A stretch of 63,059 bases of DNA, filler included, from Collodictyon triciliatum (GCA_043381765.1; 9 parts of 9 records of this genome joined end to end with filler, not necessarily neighbours in it); one strand, 5' to 3'; positions 1 to 13,547 are shown, counted from the whole stretch's first letter. A program made the numbers and translations. The notes: generated by a model from the letters alone, not told the origin.

Positions 1-2113
1 TCCTTCTCCTCCTTCTCCTCCTTCTCCTCCCCTGAACAATGACCATGCGTGCCAGTGCTAAGTCATCCTTTATATCTTAACTTTTTTTTGGCCAGTTCGC
101 ACTACGATGTCTCTTTCAAAGAATATCAACCCGGGTGAAATCCTGGTCAGTAGTTGTTATTTCCTAAATTTTACATACTTGTGTACTATGCTGTGTCTTT
201 CTATGACAGGCTTTATGGTTGAATGTCTTAAAACGAATCATCACTTGTCAAGGCCACTCAGAGCATCATAAACCATCTTGGATGTTTGAGAACGGTAGAT
301 ATTAAACCGCACAGTAGGATGAGCCGAGAACAAGATGGATTTATGAACGTATATCAACTTAACCGAATAACAGACGTTTGGGCCTTGTTCAGCAAACAAA
401 TCGATTGGCTCGAACATGAAAGCGAAAGTCACTTACTGTTATAGGTTTCTATGATATCATTCATCTCGTCTAGTAGGTAGCTCTATCACCATGGTCGTGT
501 TGGCAAATAAAATGAGTTTTTTTTCCTCTGTTTCAATTGGGACGCCACGGATTTAATTCCTTGTGATATTAATACCATCTATTTAGTTTATTCCATGACT
601 GTGGGTAGTTTTATCATTAGTACTTTGCATCTGTTCGCATGTTTGTTTATTGGTGGTTGGGGACGGGTGAGTAGTAGGTAATCAGGAATTGCATCCTGCG
701 GTTTGGCCTGTAGCCTGGGTCATGTGCTTGCATGAAAGAGATACATGGCGAGGTTTAATATCTTTCTCAGCTTCTTTCCACATGTCTCTTCCCACAGGGT
801 CTGAGTAGTAGAGAACGTGCAGGTGGCGAAGAAAGCTGATGAGGAAAGAGATTTGTATGATGTCATCCAGCCTGTTATCAGGAATGAGGGCTGACTGGAG
901 GATATCCATTTGCGCCTTAGCATGGGCTCGATAGCACTCCACAATTCGCTGTCATCAATGTCTTTGACCATGNNNNNNNNNNNNNNNNNNNNNNNNNNNN
1001 NNNNNNNNNNNNNNNNNNNNNNNNNNNNNNNNNNNNNNNNNNNNNNNNNNNNNNNNNNNNNNNNNNNNNNNNNNNNNNNNNNNNNNNNNNNNNNNNNNNN
1101 NNNNNNNNNNNNNNNNNNNNNNNNNNNNNNNNNNNNNNNNNNNNNNNNNNNNNNNNNNNNNNNNNNNNNNNNNNNNNNNNNNNNNNNNNNNNNNNNNNNN
1201 NNNNNNNNNNNNNNNNNNNNNNNNNNNNNNNNNNNNNNNNNNNNNNNNNNNNNNNNNNNNNNNNNNNNNNNNNNNNNNNNNNNNNNNNNNNNNNNNNNNN
1301 NNNNNNNNNNNNNNNNNNNNNNNNNNNNNNNNNNNNNNNNNNNNNNNNNNNNNNNNNNNNNNNNNNNNNNNNNNNNNNNNNNNNNNNNNNNNNNNNNNNN
1401 NNNNNNNNNNNNNNNNNNNNNNNNNNNNNNNNNNNNNNNNNNNNNNNNNNNNNNNNNNNNNNNNNNNNNNNNNNNNNNNNNNNNNNNNNNNNNNNNNNNN
1501 NNNNNNNNNNNNNNNNNNNNNNNNNNNNNNNNNNNNNNNNNNNNNNNNNNNNNNNNNTCCAATCGATACGCTTCGGAGATGCTGGCTTTCCTCCAGCTGC
1601 GTTCTTTTTCCAACCACTTGGATAGAGCTCTTTTCTTTTTTTTTCCTGGGCTGTCATATTTGCAACACTATNNNNNNNNNNNNNNNNNNNNNNNNNNNNN
1701 NNNNNNNNNNNNNNNNNNNNNNNNNNNNNNNNNNNNNNNNNNNNNNNNNNNNNNNNNNNNNNNNNNNNNNNNNNNNNNNNNNNNNNNNNNNNNNNNNNNN
1801 NNNNNNNNNNNNNNNNNNNNNNNNNNNNNNNNNNNNNNNNNNNNNNNNNNNNNNNNNNNNNNNNNNNNNNNNNNNNNNNNNNNNNNNNNNNNNNNNNNNN
1901 NNNNNNNNNNNNNNNNNNNNNNNNNNNNNNNNNNNNNNNNNNNNNNNNNNNNNNNNNNNNNNNNNNNNNNNNNNNNNNNNNNNNNNNNNNNNNNNNNNNN
2001 NNNNNNNNNNNNNNNNNNNNNNNNNNNNNNNNNNNNNNNNNNNNNNNNNNNNNNNNNNNNNNNNNNNNNNNNNNNNNNNNNNNNNNNNNNNNNNNNNNNG
2101 GCGGACAACAAAG

Positions 2114-4429
2114 CCTGCTGCTTGTGTATGTCTTTTCCATTGCCGCGTATGCGATCGGCCGCTTCTCTGCGCTGCTGCCAAAGGCCGTTGTCTCGTGGCT
2201 CGGCCTCTTTGATCATCCGGAAGGCGATCACACGGCAGAGGCCAAAGGCGAGCACGAGAAGGACAAGGACAAGGACAAGCACAGAGATGACGATGAAGGC
2301 GACGATCAGACAGCGCGTCTGCTTCACACGAGACAAAGAGACTCGCTTGAGCAGATAGAAGAAGCGCGCCCAATGCCGTCGGCAAACGGCGCTGGCTTGA
2401 GTCTTTGGTCGCGATTTGGCCGCTGCATCGGCGCTGTTGTCCCGTTTTCAGGGCACATTGTGGCGTTTGGGACTCCGGTTCTGGCGTTTATGTACTTTGT
2501 CTTGCATCCGGAGCTGGCCATGGAGAAGACAGCAGACTTTGACTTTTTCTTGTTTATCATGGCCTTGTTCTTTCTGGCCTCTTTGCTTACCATCAAGAAG
2601 GCACACACGCAAAACATCCTCAATCGCGACCAGACAGAGGAGTGGAAAGGCTGGATGCAGATTGCGTTTCTTGTGTACCATTACTTCAAGGTCAAGGAGG
2701 TCTACAACACCATCCGTATTCTGATTGCCTGCTACGTCTGGATGACGGGCTTTGGGCATGTTTACTTTTGCGCCCAGCAGGTTCGTTCGTAATCATTATG
2801 TTGTATACGCATTCTATTTATGTATCATGTCATTTGTTTTATGTTTATATGGATTCTTTTGTCTTCTTTAACCCTATTATTTTTATTCTTTTTTATTCTT
2901 TTTTATTCTTTTTTATTCTTTTTTATTCTTTTTTATTCTTTTTTATTCTTTTTTATTCTTTTTTATTCTTTTTTATTCTTTTTTATTCTTTTTTATTATT
3001 ATTGCAAAATAGAACAAGAAAATATTCCGTTCCGATTTAAAATGATAGATATGCATGCTTTCGTTAATTTGCATCCCCGCGTTATCAACAGAACAAGTAT
3101 GACATCGTGAGAGTCATCCGAATGCTGTTTCGTCTCAACTTTATGATCTTTTTTGTATGCATCTCGACAAACACACAGTACATGCTCTACTACATTTGCG
3201 CCATGCATACGTTTTGGTTCCTTCTTGCATACGGCACTATGTTTGTCTTCCACCAGTACAATCGCATCCCAGGTGTGATTTTTGCAAAGATTGTCATGGC
3301 CTTGGTCTTTGTGGTTGTGCTCTACGAAGTGCCCGGAGTTGCCAATATTTTCTTTGCCCCGTTGTCCTTTTTACTGGATTACAATGATGACAACATGCAT
3401 GAGTGGCTTTTCCGAGTCTGTCTGGACCGGTATGTGCCGATATGGGGGATGCTCTTTGGCTATGTTTTGCCCAGTATCCAGACATGGCTGAACAATCTTG
3501 AGTCCAAGGGTAAAAAGGCAGAATGGGCGGTCAAGCTGCCTATTTCTTTCGCTTTTCTGGGGCTCGTTTACTATTGGCTGGTTCGTATTTTGATTCGTTT
3601 CTTCTTTTCACAAAAAAAAAAAGTCAAAAATCCAATCGGAAAAATCGAAGAGAGAAAAACATCATGTCTCTTAACCTGAATTGATGCAACTCTTCTAGAA
3701 TGAATTCTTTCTGCTCGAGAAGTTTGAATACAACGAGGTCCATCCCTTCACCTCTTTCATTCCGCTGTTTTCCTACCTTTGGTTCCGCAACTTGACACCC
3801 ACCTTGAGGACGTATTATCTGGACTTGTTTGCATGGTGGGGCAAGGTGACTCTGGAGTCCTACATATCTCAGGTATGAAAGAAACAGGATGCTATAGCAC
3901 ACTTTCTTTTCTGATTTTATATTTTTTATATTATATATTATATATTGCTTGTATTAAACTGCAAAAAAAAAAGAATGGGGAATTATATTAAGCGATGCCA
4001 TATCTGACTTTTCCGTTTGCAGTTTTATCTCTTCCTGGCCAATACCACAAAATCGATTGTCAAAATCACACCAAACTATCCGTTGATTAATTTCTTGCTT
4101 TCTTCCTCCTTGTTGGTTGGAGCGAGTGTGGTATGTTTGTTCTCCTGTTGTTCTTTTCCAGTTTCCCGACATCTCTGTATTTAGGATGCACACGTATAAA
4201 GTTTATCATCCCATGAGAAATAAAATTAATATAAAAAAGTGTTTACTAACCTAAGTTACTAATACCCACGATTACTAATTGAAAGATTCTCTTCAACTCC
4301 ACGGTCTTCTTTGCTGACAAGTTGATTCCTCAAGACGCATTCAAGACTTATCGCAATCTTCTGACTGCATTCACCTATTTTCTTGCTTTCTATACATTGT
4401 CTCATCTTATGATGCTTGCCAATGTTTAA
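2114..4429 (+). CDS. Cas1p/CASD1/RWA-family multi-TM O-acetyltransferase (5' partial, upstream exons lost in gaps)
   Basis: Approximate exons 2114-2780, 3092-3580, 3699-3872, 4023-4130 and 4288-4429 join with GT-AG. Motifs [73 protein letters not shown]. Ends LANV-TAA. Confidence 0.92.
2878..2998. repeat. (TTTTTTATTC)n intronic repeat
   Basis: 10-bp tandem units inside a Cas1-like intron. Confidence 0.95.
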
Positions 4430-5118
4430 ACCATCCTCGTGCGAAGCTGTGAATGAAGAAAAGAATATTGAGAGAATCCTTTTTCTTTTTCTTTCTTCGT
4501 GCCCTCTAACTTTCTTCAAATAAACGCTTCCCTTGCTCTCTCTTTTGGTCAATTCCTTGGCAGATGCCACACTCACCTTGGAAAATCTTTGAAAAGGCAA
4601 ATAAAGGAGATACACCTGATTTAATCAACCCGTGACATATTTTTTTGTATTTGCTTGCCGTGTCTGCCCTTTGATACCATAAATAGGTCAGTGACATTAA
4701 CACCCATAATTTTCATAAATGTTTAAGAAAGTATGCTTTCATTGAATAATCGCCCGTTTTTGGGTTTCCCAAATCAAACCAACAAAACACTATAAACATT
4801 CATTTTCTTTGAACATGCAATGAAACCGTACTGAAGTTGAAAATCATGCTGTCCATCAAAAATCGATCAAATTTTCAACCAGGTTGTGTTTGAATCAAAT
4901 GGGTTATTCGATATTCATTTACGTCCGTCAATCAGAAAGGACAAAGAGAGCAAACACAAAGGTGGTTGGAAAGTCTTGCAAACGACAATCGTGAGCAGAT
5001 GAAGCAAAGCGAGTAGCGCTGGAAATGATTGACCCTCAAAACCGATCTGCTCCGAAAGCCAAAGACATCCGTATTATACCGATCTCAAAGAAAGAAAAAA
5101 ATGAAATCAGGCCAACTC

Positions 5119-5349
5119 ATTTTTTCTTTTCTTTTTCTTTTTTCTCTTTCTTTTTCTTTTTCTTTTTCTTTTTTCTCTTTCTTTTTCTTTTTCTTTTTCT
5201 TTTTCTTTTCTTTTCTTTTCTTTTCTTTTTCTTTTTCTTTTCTTTTCTTTTTCTTTTCTTTTTCTTTTCTTTTTCTTTTCTCTTCTTTTCTTTTCTTTTC
5301 TTTTCTTTTCTTTTCTTTTCTTTTCTTTTCTTTTCTTTTCTTTTCTTTT
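5119..5349. repeat. (TTTTC/TTTTTC)n pyrimidine tract
   Basis: Seen directly. Confidence 0.95.
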
Positions 5350-5485
5350 GTACTAAATGACACAATAACGATCACCCTGACTCCCACGCGGTATTTTCAC
5401 CCTCGCAACAGATCATATTCACATCACAGCCGAGTTTGCTGTGATCGCCTCGCCTGAAAATATCTTTGATTCTGCAACTTGAATA

Positions 5486-6881
5486 ATGGCACAATACGGA
5501 CGCAAGGAATACTGGGATGAGCGCTACACTCGGTCTGTTTCATATGTATATAAAAGAAAAAAATGTTTGACTCTAAGATATGTATATTGAAAGAGTTGCT
5601 TGTATGTCTATGAACGGCATATTCATGAACGTGATGCGAAAAAAACACTAGTGACCCTGAGCCCTTTGACTGGTTCCAAAAGTGGGACGGCCTGAAGGAG
5701 ACTCTGTCAAAGTACCTGAAGGAGTCGAGCCGAATCCTCAACATCGGCGCTGGAAACTCTCGTAAGAAGCTGGATTCGTTTTCCTCTGTCTTCAATACTG
5801 TATCATTCATATATTGAATTACTAAATCTATCTGACATTCAAACCCAGGTTTGAGTGAGGAGATGTATGATGCTGGGTTCCAGACTATCACAAACATCGA
5901 TATCAGTGGTGTAGTTGTGAAGGCCATGACTGAAAAGTACTCTGACCGACCAGGCCTTACCTGTAAGTCTGGCCTTGTGAATTCAATCGAAAATAAACTT
6001 TTGGAATAATAGAACATATGTGCTGAAGGTTTTGGCCGACAAACTCTTAAAAAGAATTAAATTATCTCTCTTAATTCGAGCACATTTCCCCCCTTCTCTT
6101 TTTTTCTCTCTCGTAGATGCCATCATGAATGTCATGTCGCTCCATTTTTCTGATGCGAGTTTTGATGTTGTCCTCGACAAAGGTACACGCATTCATCATC
6201 GTTGTCACGTGACTTATTGCTTTGGGGTTTCAGTCAAACTTGCCAAGAATTGTTTCCTGTGTTTGTCACTTATTAATTTTCTTTCCAACAACCAAACTGA
6301 ATGTTTCGCATTAACGTGCAGCAACACTCGACAGTCTTCTGGTAGCTGCTTCCTCAGACATCCATTCCACAAAATTCATCATTTATCTTATATATCTATA
6401 CCCATGACGTCTGTGGGGGAAAGAACTTCAATATAACCAATCCATGACCCATTTTCTCACAGTGTGGCGACAACTCGACGGTCAATGCAGACAAGACGCT
6501 TTCAGAGATATCACGGTACTTGCCACATCTTAATTTTGAAGAAGGAAGGAAGGGACGTATTGAAGAACCTTATGGAGTTTTCATCACTATTAAATCTACC
6601 ATATCTACTGCAGAGTTCTGAAGCCGGGTGGAGTCTTTATCTGCATCTCGCACGCCAAGCCCGAAAGCAGGATGCTGTTCATGGATAAGACAAAATACAA
6701 CTGGACCATCACCCAAGTGACCATCCGTAAGTCTCGTATTTCATCGCACAATCCTTCTTCGCTTTCCTCATACTCACGCATCACAATCCCGACAGCTAAG
6801 CCTACTGCACCCGGAGTCCAGCACGAGGACCCAGAGTCTCCGCCCCATCACTTTGTCTATGTTGCGACAAAGAAGGAATAA
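5486..6881 (+). CDS. EEF1A lysine methyltransferase 4 / METTL13-N-like class I SAM methyltransferase (8 exons)
   Basis: Spliced product MAQYGRKEYWDERYTRDPEPFDWFQKW..ILNIGAGNSRLSEEMYDAG..NIDIS..FDVVLDKATLDSLLCG..SEISRVLKPGGVFICIS..HFVYVATKKE*. All junctions GT-AG and in phase. Confidence 0.88.
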
Positions 6882-7450
6882 ACAGAAGCATTTCACAGCT
6901 TTTCACAGCTTTTCTTTCTTTTTTTCGTTTTCTTTTCTTTTCTTTCTTTTTTCGATTCAATCTTCATTCCGCCGAATCCAATATTATTCCAAAGACGATG
7001 TCTCAAACTTAATCTGTTTGTTTATCATGTTCCGTAAAAACATAAGAGCGAAAAAGAAAAGAAAAAAAAAAACAATCCAAAAAAAAAATTAAAGGAAGGA
7101 AGCGTGCATCCTTGTCGATTATAATGAAGCAGAAATTGAAAAGACACGCAACGGCTCGAGTGATAAAAGAAATGCTTGTGATGGTGGATTCGGATAACAA
7201 GTCGCAGGAGAGACGGGGATGATAGAAATTACGAAGTGGGTCGACAACTGCAAAAGTCGGAAAACGGGGATGGAAGCAGCCGGTGCGAACTGTTTGCCGT
7301 GCGGGGCTTCTTGTCGTCTCGGCCAACCCAGAGTGACGACGTTGAATCTTTTCGCCCCGGCTGTTATGTATTGTATCTCTTCTCCCCTTCTTATTCTTTG
7401 CGTTTGCGTTTTTTGTTTTTTTGTTTTTTTGTTTTCCTCCTCTTCTTTCT

Positions 7451-7489
7451 TTAGTGTCGGTTTTCCAGGTACGGGCGAACGTCGTCAAC
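7451..7489 (-). CDS. Possible terminal exon (VDDVRPYLENRH*) of an unidentified gene cut by the scaffold end
   Basis: CTAAT branch-like motif and ACAG acceptor, then 12 codons and TAA. No homology recognised. Confidence 0.3.
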   Translation of the reverse strand, partial: VDDVRPYLENRH

Positions 7490-7550
7490 CTGTCGATTAG
7501 GATGGGTTTGGGTGGCTGAGATTGGCGGCGGGAGTCTTGGTGGGCGGAGA

Positions 7551-7640
7551 GGAAAGGAAAGGAAAGGAAAGGAAAGGAAAGGAAAGGAAAGGAAAGGAAA
7601 GGAAAGGAAAGGAAAGGAAAGGAAAGGAAAGGAAAGGAAA
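7551..7640. repeat. (GGAAA)n at scaffold end
   Basis: Seen directly. Confidence 0.95.
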
Positions 7641-7740
7641 NNNNNNNNNNNNNNNNNNNNNNNNNNNNNNNNNNNNNNNNNNNNTTAATTAATTAANNNN
7701 NNNNNNNNNNNNNNNNNNNNNNNNNNNNNNNNNNNNNNNN
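7641..7740. other. Artificial scaffold linker N44-TTAATTAATTAA-N44 (also at 15383-15482, 23119-23218, 30856-30955, 38583-38682, 46314-46413, 54047-54146, 59435-59534)
   Basis: Eight identical 100-bp spacers with stops in all six frames; genes are cut at these joins. Confidence 0.98.
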
Positions 7741-8003
7741 TTTTCCTTTTTTTTTTTTTAGTAAGAAGAAAAAAAAAGAAAATGCAACTGGTACAGTTTT
7801 TTTTTTTTTTTTTTTTATGAATTATTCATTTTCCTTTCCTTTTGAAATAAAGCATTTCATTCTTGAAATAAGCAAAGAATGCTCATTATCAAGACCAATT
7901 ACATGAGTTTTTTTCAGGTAATTGATAACTGTTTGGAATGGGTCATTATATATAAATGACTTCAAAAAGTAATTTCTTGTTTTATATTATTTTCTATACA
8001 AAC

Positions 8004-9257
8004 CTCAATGTTTGGGCAGTCTTCTTTGCTGCGACATAATGTTCTCGGAATGTCTTGGTATTTGATTCCTTCATCCTCGATATTCATTATAAATGTCGTT
8101 CGACCGAGCAAGAATAAATCGGTGTTTTTCTTGATAGATTTATCCATCACAGCCAAATAAACCGAGCGTCCGATGGGTGTAACAAACTCTACAGTTTTCT
8201 TTTTTTCATTCTCGGCTTCTTCCTTCTTTTTTGTTAACTGTTCTCTATTGGTTATTTATAGCATTTGATTATGATAAGAAAGTATTATATGATGTTTCTT
8301 TCTGAATAAATATGCAAACAAATCATGGATTGATATAGCTCTTACGCTTCTCTCTGCTTCTCTGACTTGACTTTGCTCAGCAACAAAGTGTCGAGGCCAC
8401 GAACCAAATGGGTGTGATGAACATCTCCTCCAAGATATTTGCTTTTGTCCACACTTAATTTGTTATGAAAAAGACCTCCAGACCCAGCCGCGCTATTGTA
8501 TATGTATAATTTTTATATAGCTAAGAAAGCTATATCATGTATAATCACAAAATATCTTGCAGCTCATTTAATGGCTTGATTTTTGAGTGAACTAATAAAT
8601 TGTGGTATGCTGCTTCAACGGAAAAAAGTTAGAGCAAGTTCTCCATCGGCCAACCCTGATTAGAACAATCAAACATAATGTGCATGTAGAATGAAAGATA
8701 AGACGGTAGAAAAATATTGAATATGCGAACCTTGTTTCGTCTTGATCATTTATTGCGTGCATTATTTCCAGATGTTCCATCCCTTCATAATCAGGATTCA
8801 CACCATCACGTCTTTCTCGGGCTCTGTCTCTGTATTTTTGGTCGGCTGCATCCTCCTCTCCCTCGCCTTTTGGCTTACTACGATCAAAAATGGTTTATAT
8901 GTTTTTATGTCAGATATGTAAAACGTGGCATAATAGGTACGGAAGTAAGGTTTACTTAAAGGATATCATTGTTAGCTTTCAAAAAAAAAATTAACCGTAA
9001 TTAGAAAATGAATAGGCTTGTGTATTTGTGAAATGTGTATTTCTAAAACTAAAAACGAATTATTTCGAAACTTTTTCTATTCAATTACTTTTTTTTTTCT
9101 TTTCATGATTTCTGTTTTCTTACATCTCAGATGTATTAAGCATGCAATTTATTGACGAAAATTTAATGAAAAGGGTCACGAAACATATCCTTACGGTCTC
9201 TTTCTCTTGATGTCTGATTTCTTTGGCGTTGCTTTGGACTCTGCCTCGGCTGTTCGT
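8004..9257 (-). CDS. IK: RED/IK splicing factor, RED_N domain (partial)
   Basis: Spliced exons give KYRDRARERRDGVNPDYE, SKYLGGDVHHTHLVRGLDTLLLSKVK and DLFLLGRTTF..DIPRTLCRSKEDCP, all RED_N motifs. Confidence 0.88.
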
Positions 9258-9782
9258 TNNNNNNNNNNNNNNNNNNNNNNNNNNNNNNNNNNNNNNNNNN
9301 NNNNNNNNNNNNNNNNNNNNNNNNNNNNNNNNNNNNNNNNNNNNNNNNNNNNNNNNNNNNNNNNNNNNNNNNNNNNNNNNNNNNNNNNNNNNNNNNNNNN
9401 NNNNNNNNNNNNNNNNNNNNNNNNNNNNNNNNNNNNNNNNNNNNNNNNNNNNNNNNNNNNNNNNNNNNNNNNNNNNNNNNNNNNNNNNNNNNNNNNNNNN
9501 NNNNNNNNNNNNNNNNNNNNNNNNNNNNNNNNNNNNNNNNNNNNNNNNNNNNNNNNNNNNNNNNNNNNNNNNNNNNNNNNNNNNNNNNNNNNNNNNNNNN
9601 NNNNNNNNNNNNNNNNNNNNNNNNNNNNNNNNNNNNNNNNNNNNNNNNNNNNNNNNNNNNNNNNNNNNNNNNNNNNNNNNNNNNNNNNNNNNNNNNNNNN
9701 NNNNNNNNNNNNNNNNNNNNNNNNNNNNNNNNNNAACAAAAAAATTTTAAAAAAAGAGGCAGCTAATCCTAGAAATACAAAC

Positions 9783-11301
9783 TTTCGGATTGCTTTGGTT
9801 GTTTGGATACTTGGATTTTTGATTCTATGTCCTTCGTCCAGGATGATACAGTCCCATTTGAACGTGCGGTCCTTCAGAGTCTGATTACATGTCACAACCA
9901 TGCCTTTTTTTACAAAAATTGAAACACTTATGAGTTTCATAAAAGCAAATAATTTACAAATACATCACAAGGCAGGGATAATGGCAGAGGGAAAGATGAA
10001 ACTTTCAAGTATTTTTTTTTTATAAAGAAGGACAAATTATTATTAGGAGGTTTTGTGTCCTTACGACACTTCATCGAAAAATAAGAAATCATAAATTCCT
10101 TAGAATCGAATGAAGGGCGAAGGGGAAAGAACTCATAAAGTTAATAAACTAGGTTATGAAAATTATGGCCAAAAACAGAAACGTAAAATACCTCGATGAG
10201 ATATAAAATAGCAGGATAGGAAAAAGAAGATGCTCTAATGTACTCACCGTACGTCGTTATACACACACCACCTTGCGAGAATGTTTCGTAAAGAGTTTCT
10301 TCTCTTTCGTTTTGCCGGCCGCCATGGAGAACAGTAACATTCACATCAGGAGCCCTACAAAAAGAAATTGATGGGGTTAAACAGATCATATATGTCGGTT
10401 TTGATCAACAGTAACTCACGCTGATAGATGCATAAAGACAAACAAAATTAGACTAAATGAATAAAAGTAATAGAAAGAACACAGGGAGTACTCGATAGAT
10501 GAATCTCTAACCATTTTTCGAATTCGGATTTCCAATGCCCAATCAGGGTAAGAGGAGCCACAATCAAAAAAACACTTCCCTCGTTAGAATATGTCAGGCC
10601 ATGTATAAAGGTAATTGTTTGTAGCGTCTTCCCAAGTCCCATGTCATCCTGCAAGTATGTATCATTAGTGGATACTCTACATCAAACTGAGTTATTGGAA
10701 CTTACACCTAAGATTCCGCCCTTCTTTTCTTTATATAGGCCCCACATCCATTCTACACCTTCTCTTTGGTATGGATAGAGACGGTCATACGATTCTCTCT
10801 GAAACATAATAATTATTTTTTTAAAAAAATGTTATGCTTTAATAAGACAGGAAACACATGTAATGTGTCCTTATTACAGCGATTTAGTATTTTACAAACT
10901 GGCAGTATCAGTCCGTTCATATCAACAATATCATCTTCTTTGGATTCATCTAATATTTCATCATCACTAAGCTCATGAGCATCGGTGGATTTACCAAAAC
11001 CATGTGGATTCTGGTCCAGTTTTTCCTAATTTTATAATATTATAGAAGTATGTACAGTTGTTTGGTTAAAATATTTCAAACTGTGCTTTATGAAAATGAC
11101 AATCGAGAAAATTCTATGGCTATGTCAAAACCTGAATAAATTCTATTCTGTCTTTAATTCCTAGGTAACTAGGCATAATGAGATAAGCCTGTTTGTACCT
11201 CTGCAAGATGTATCATAGATTTATGGCATTTATATAATGATAAAGTTGTGTTAATGCGACATCATGGCATCACACGTATTGATTTGATGATGATGATGAC
11301 G

Positions 11302-11379
<78 letters not shown>

Positions 11380-13547
11380 GCAGTAATAGTAAAAGTAATA
11401 ACGGATATAATGAATCACCTCGAGAGCTTCTTCCATGTACCCAGCATTATCGAATTTTTTTGCTTCTTTCAAAACGTCGATGAATGTAGGCTGTGGATGA
11501 AAAAAATAGATAACTTAAAAAAAGGGATATGCCAGTGTAATAGTATGATTTAAAGTAAAGGTAGCTATGTCTCAGAATAATATAAACACTACAGATATAT
11601 TATTCGGCGAATCCATGGGGCTATCTGAAATAATAATAATAAAAATGTGATTTTAGTATCATCTAGAAATATATATTATACTGTTCTTTTAAACAGAAAC
11701 CCGTTGTAGATGTTACCAAACCTGGGATTGCTGGTTCATTTGCTTTGAACTCGACCTCGTCCTCGTCTTCGGCATGGTTTTCCTCCTTATTTTGAAGAAA
11801 ACTAGGTTGGGGCCTGTTGAACTCTTTTCTTTTGAGTTTGGTTAACGTCTTTATTGGTGTTCGCTCGTTCTGGGTAGTCTACCGAATATAAAATAAATTG
11901 AAATATTTCGAAAGAAATTCAGTTGTATCGAAATAAAGCACATGCTTAGGTGATATTTGTATATTTTGTTTTAATTTATGTCGATTATTCATTTATCGTT
12001 ATGAAAATGCTCACCATGATTTCCATGCTGCTATCCAGATGGTCTTCACCTGAAGGTTTATGACTCAGCCGATTGCTTGCCATGATTTGACTCAGATTTA
12101 GTCCTGGCACCGAAAAGGATGTGTCTCTTTGAGAGCTAGGACCCTCATCATCATCATTTTCATCACAATCAGGTGTAGCGTTGCGATGCTTATTTGGAGG
12201 TAACATACTGGACTTTAGGGGGAAAATTGGAGCATCGTCGTCGTCGTCATTATCAGACTCTATGATAATTTTTTTCTTTCCTTTAATTGGTGGGTCGAAT
12301 CGACCTTGAGTCTCCATTTTTCCTTTCATATTAGCAGGTTGTCCTGTTTCTGTGGTGTAAAAATCTCTGCCATTTTCTCCTTCTTCATCATCGCTCACTT
12401 GAATCACCTTTCGAGTTGCTGTCTGTTCCTTCTTTTCGTGGTTTTTTGAAAAGGAAACGACTCCTTCATTCGATGATGTTTGGGATGAGGGTGAGTGATT
12501 GGATGGATTATCTTCTTGACTTCCTATTTCGTTAGCTGGCGTCCTTGGGGATGATTCCAAATAAAAATCTGTCGAATATACTATTGGCTGGTTACTTCGC
12601 TTTTGGCTGTCATTTCTTTTTTGTGGTTCTTCCGTTTGTGATACTGAGGAATCGCCCTCGTCGTCGTCGGATATTATGATAGGCTTTTTACTTGTACTTG
12701 GAGCGGCTGTTATTTCTACTCGAGTGTGCATATCTACTCCATGAGATTCATAGGCAATATCTTGAAGAGCATGACGACTTTGTCTACCTTCATGACCATG
12801 CACATTTACAGTATTCATTTCTTTATGATTGGAATTTTTCTGTAGGCAAGTAACGTCTGTAGGTTTTCTGTATGATAACTCCGACTCTATATCGGATGCG
12901 TCACTGTGGTGACTTTCCTCAGAATCGAAAGAGTCAACTGAACGATTAGCGAGATTCTCCTTTGCATGAGAGGCACCATTTCTTACACTATCGCTTGAAG
13001 AATCCAACGAACCGGATGAACCAGACGACACAGTTTGATGTACAACCTTAGAAGCGGTTGTACTTCTTTTTTCTTGACCTTCTCTCAGATGTGTTTGATT
13101 TGGAACTTTATCGCGGATTTGGATTCCTGATTTTGAGTTTGTCGTCTGTACTGTCTTCAGTGTCTTTGAATCCTTAATCAGTCGATCAGGAATTTGTTGC
13201 GTCAAAAGATCCACAATATCTTCACCAAAGTCATCGTCTCCTTGTGCTCCTCCTGGTTTCTGCTTCAGGCGCTCAAGCCGATTCGGTTCTACGACTTCAG
13301 AAGTAAATGATGCCTCCGATGTAGATTCAGATTCAGACAGTATCTCCTCATATTTTGGCCATGATGCATTCTGTTTCCCATTTCATATTTTTTTTTAAAA
13401 AAAAAAAAAGGTAGGATAATAGTTGAAGGGCGAGATCGCACAACTATATTCGACATCATCTGCACTTACCGATGTTTTTGGAGGTTGAATCTTTGAAAAA
13501 CTGCGTCCACTCTTCTGGAGCCATTTTGTGGAAAAACGAGATGACAT
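9783..13547 (-). CDS. SNF2-family ATPase, PICH/ERCC6L-like (3' partial at N gap)
   Basis: Start MSSRFSTKW, long disordered region, TPR-like VLKEAKKFDNAGYMEEALERYKQAYLI, then DDMGLGKTLQTI (Walker A), LIVAPLTLIGHWKSEFEKW, VCITTYG and WDCIILDEGHRIKN (Walker B). Confidence 0.82.
11302..11379. repeat. (AAT)n intronic microsatellite
   Basis: Seen directly, in a PICH-like intron. Confidence 0.95.

Noticed and set aside
2114..4429. 'Cas1' as a CRISPR gene
   Set aside because: This is the unrelated Cas1p/CASD1 membrane O-acetyltransferase family.
5025..5457. Poly-F/K/Y/L ORFs in the ORF track, here and at other repeats, and ORFs running through N gaps
   Set aside because: These are translations of microsatellites or N runs, not genes.
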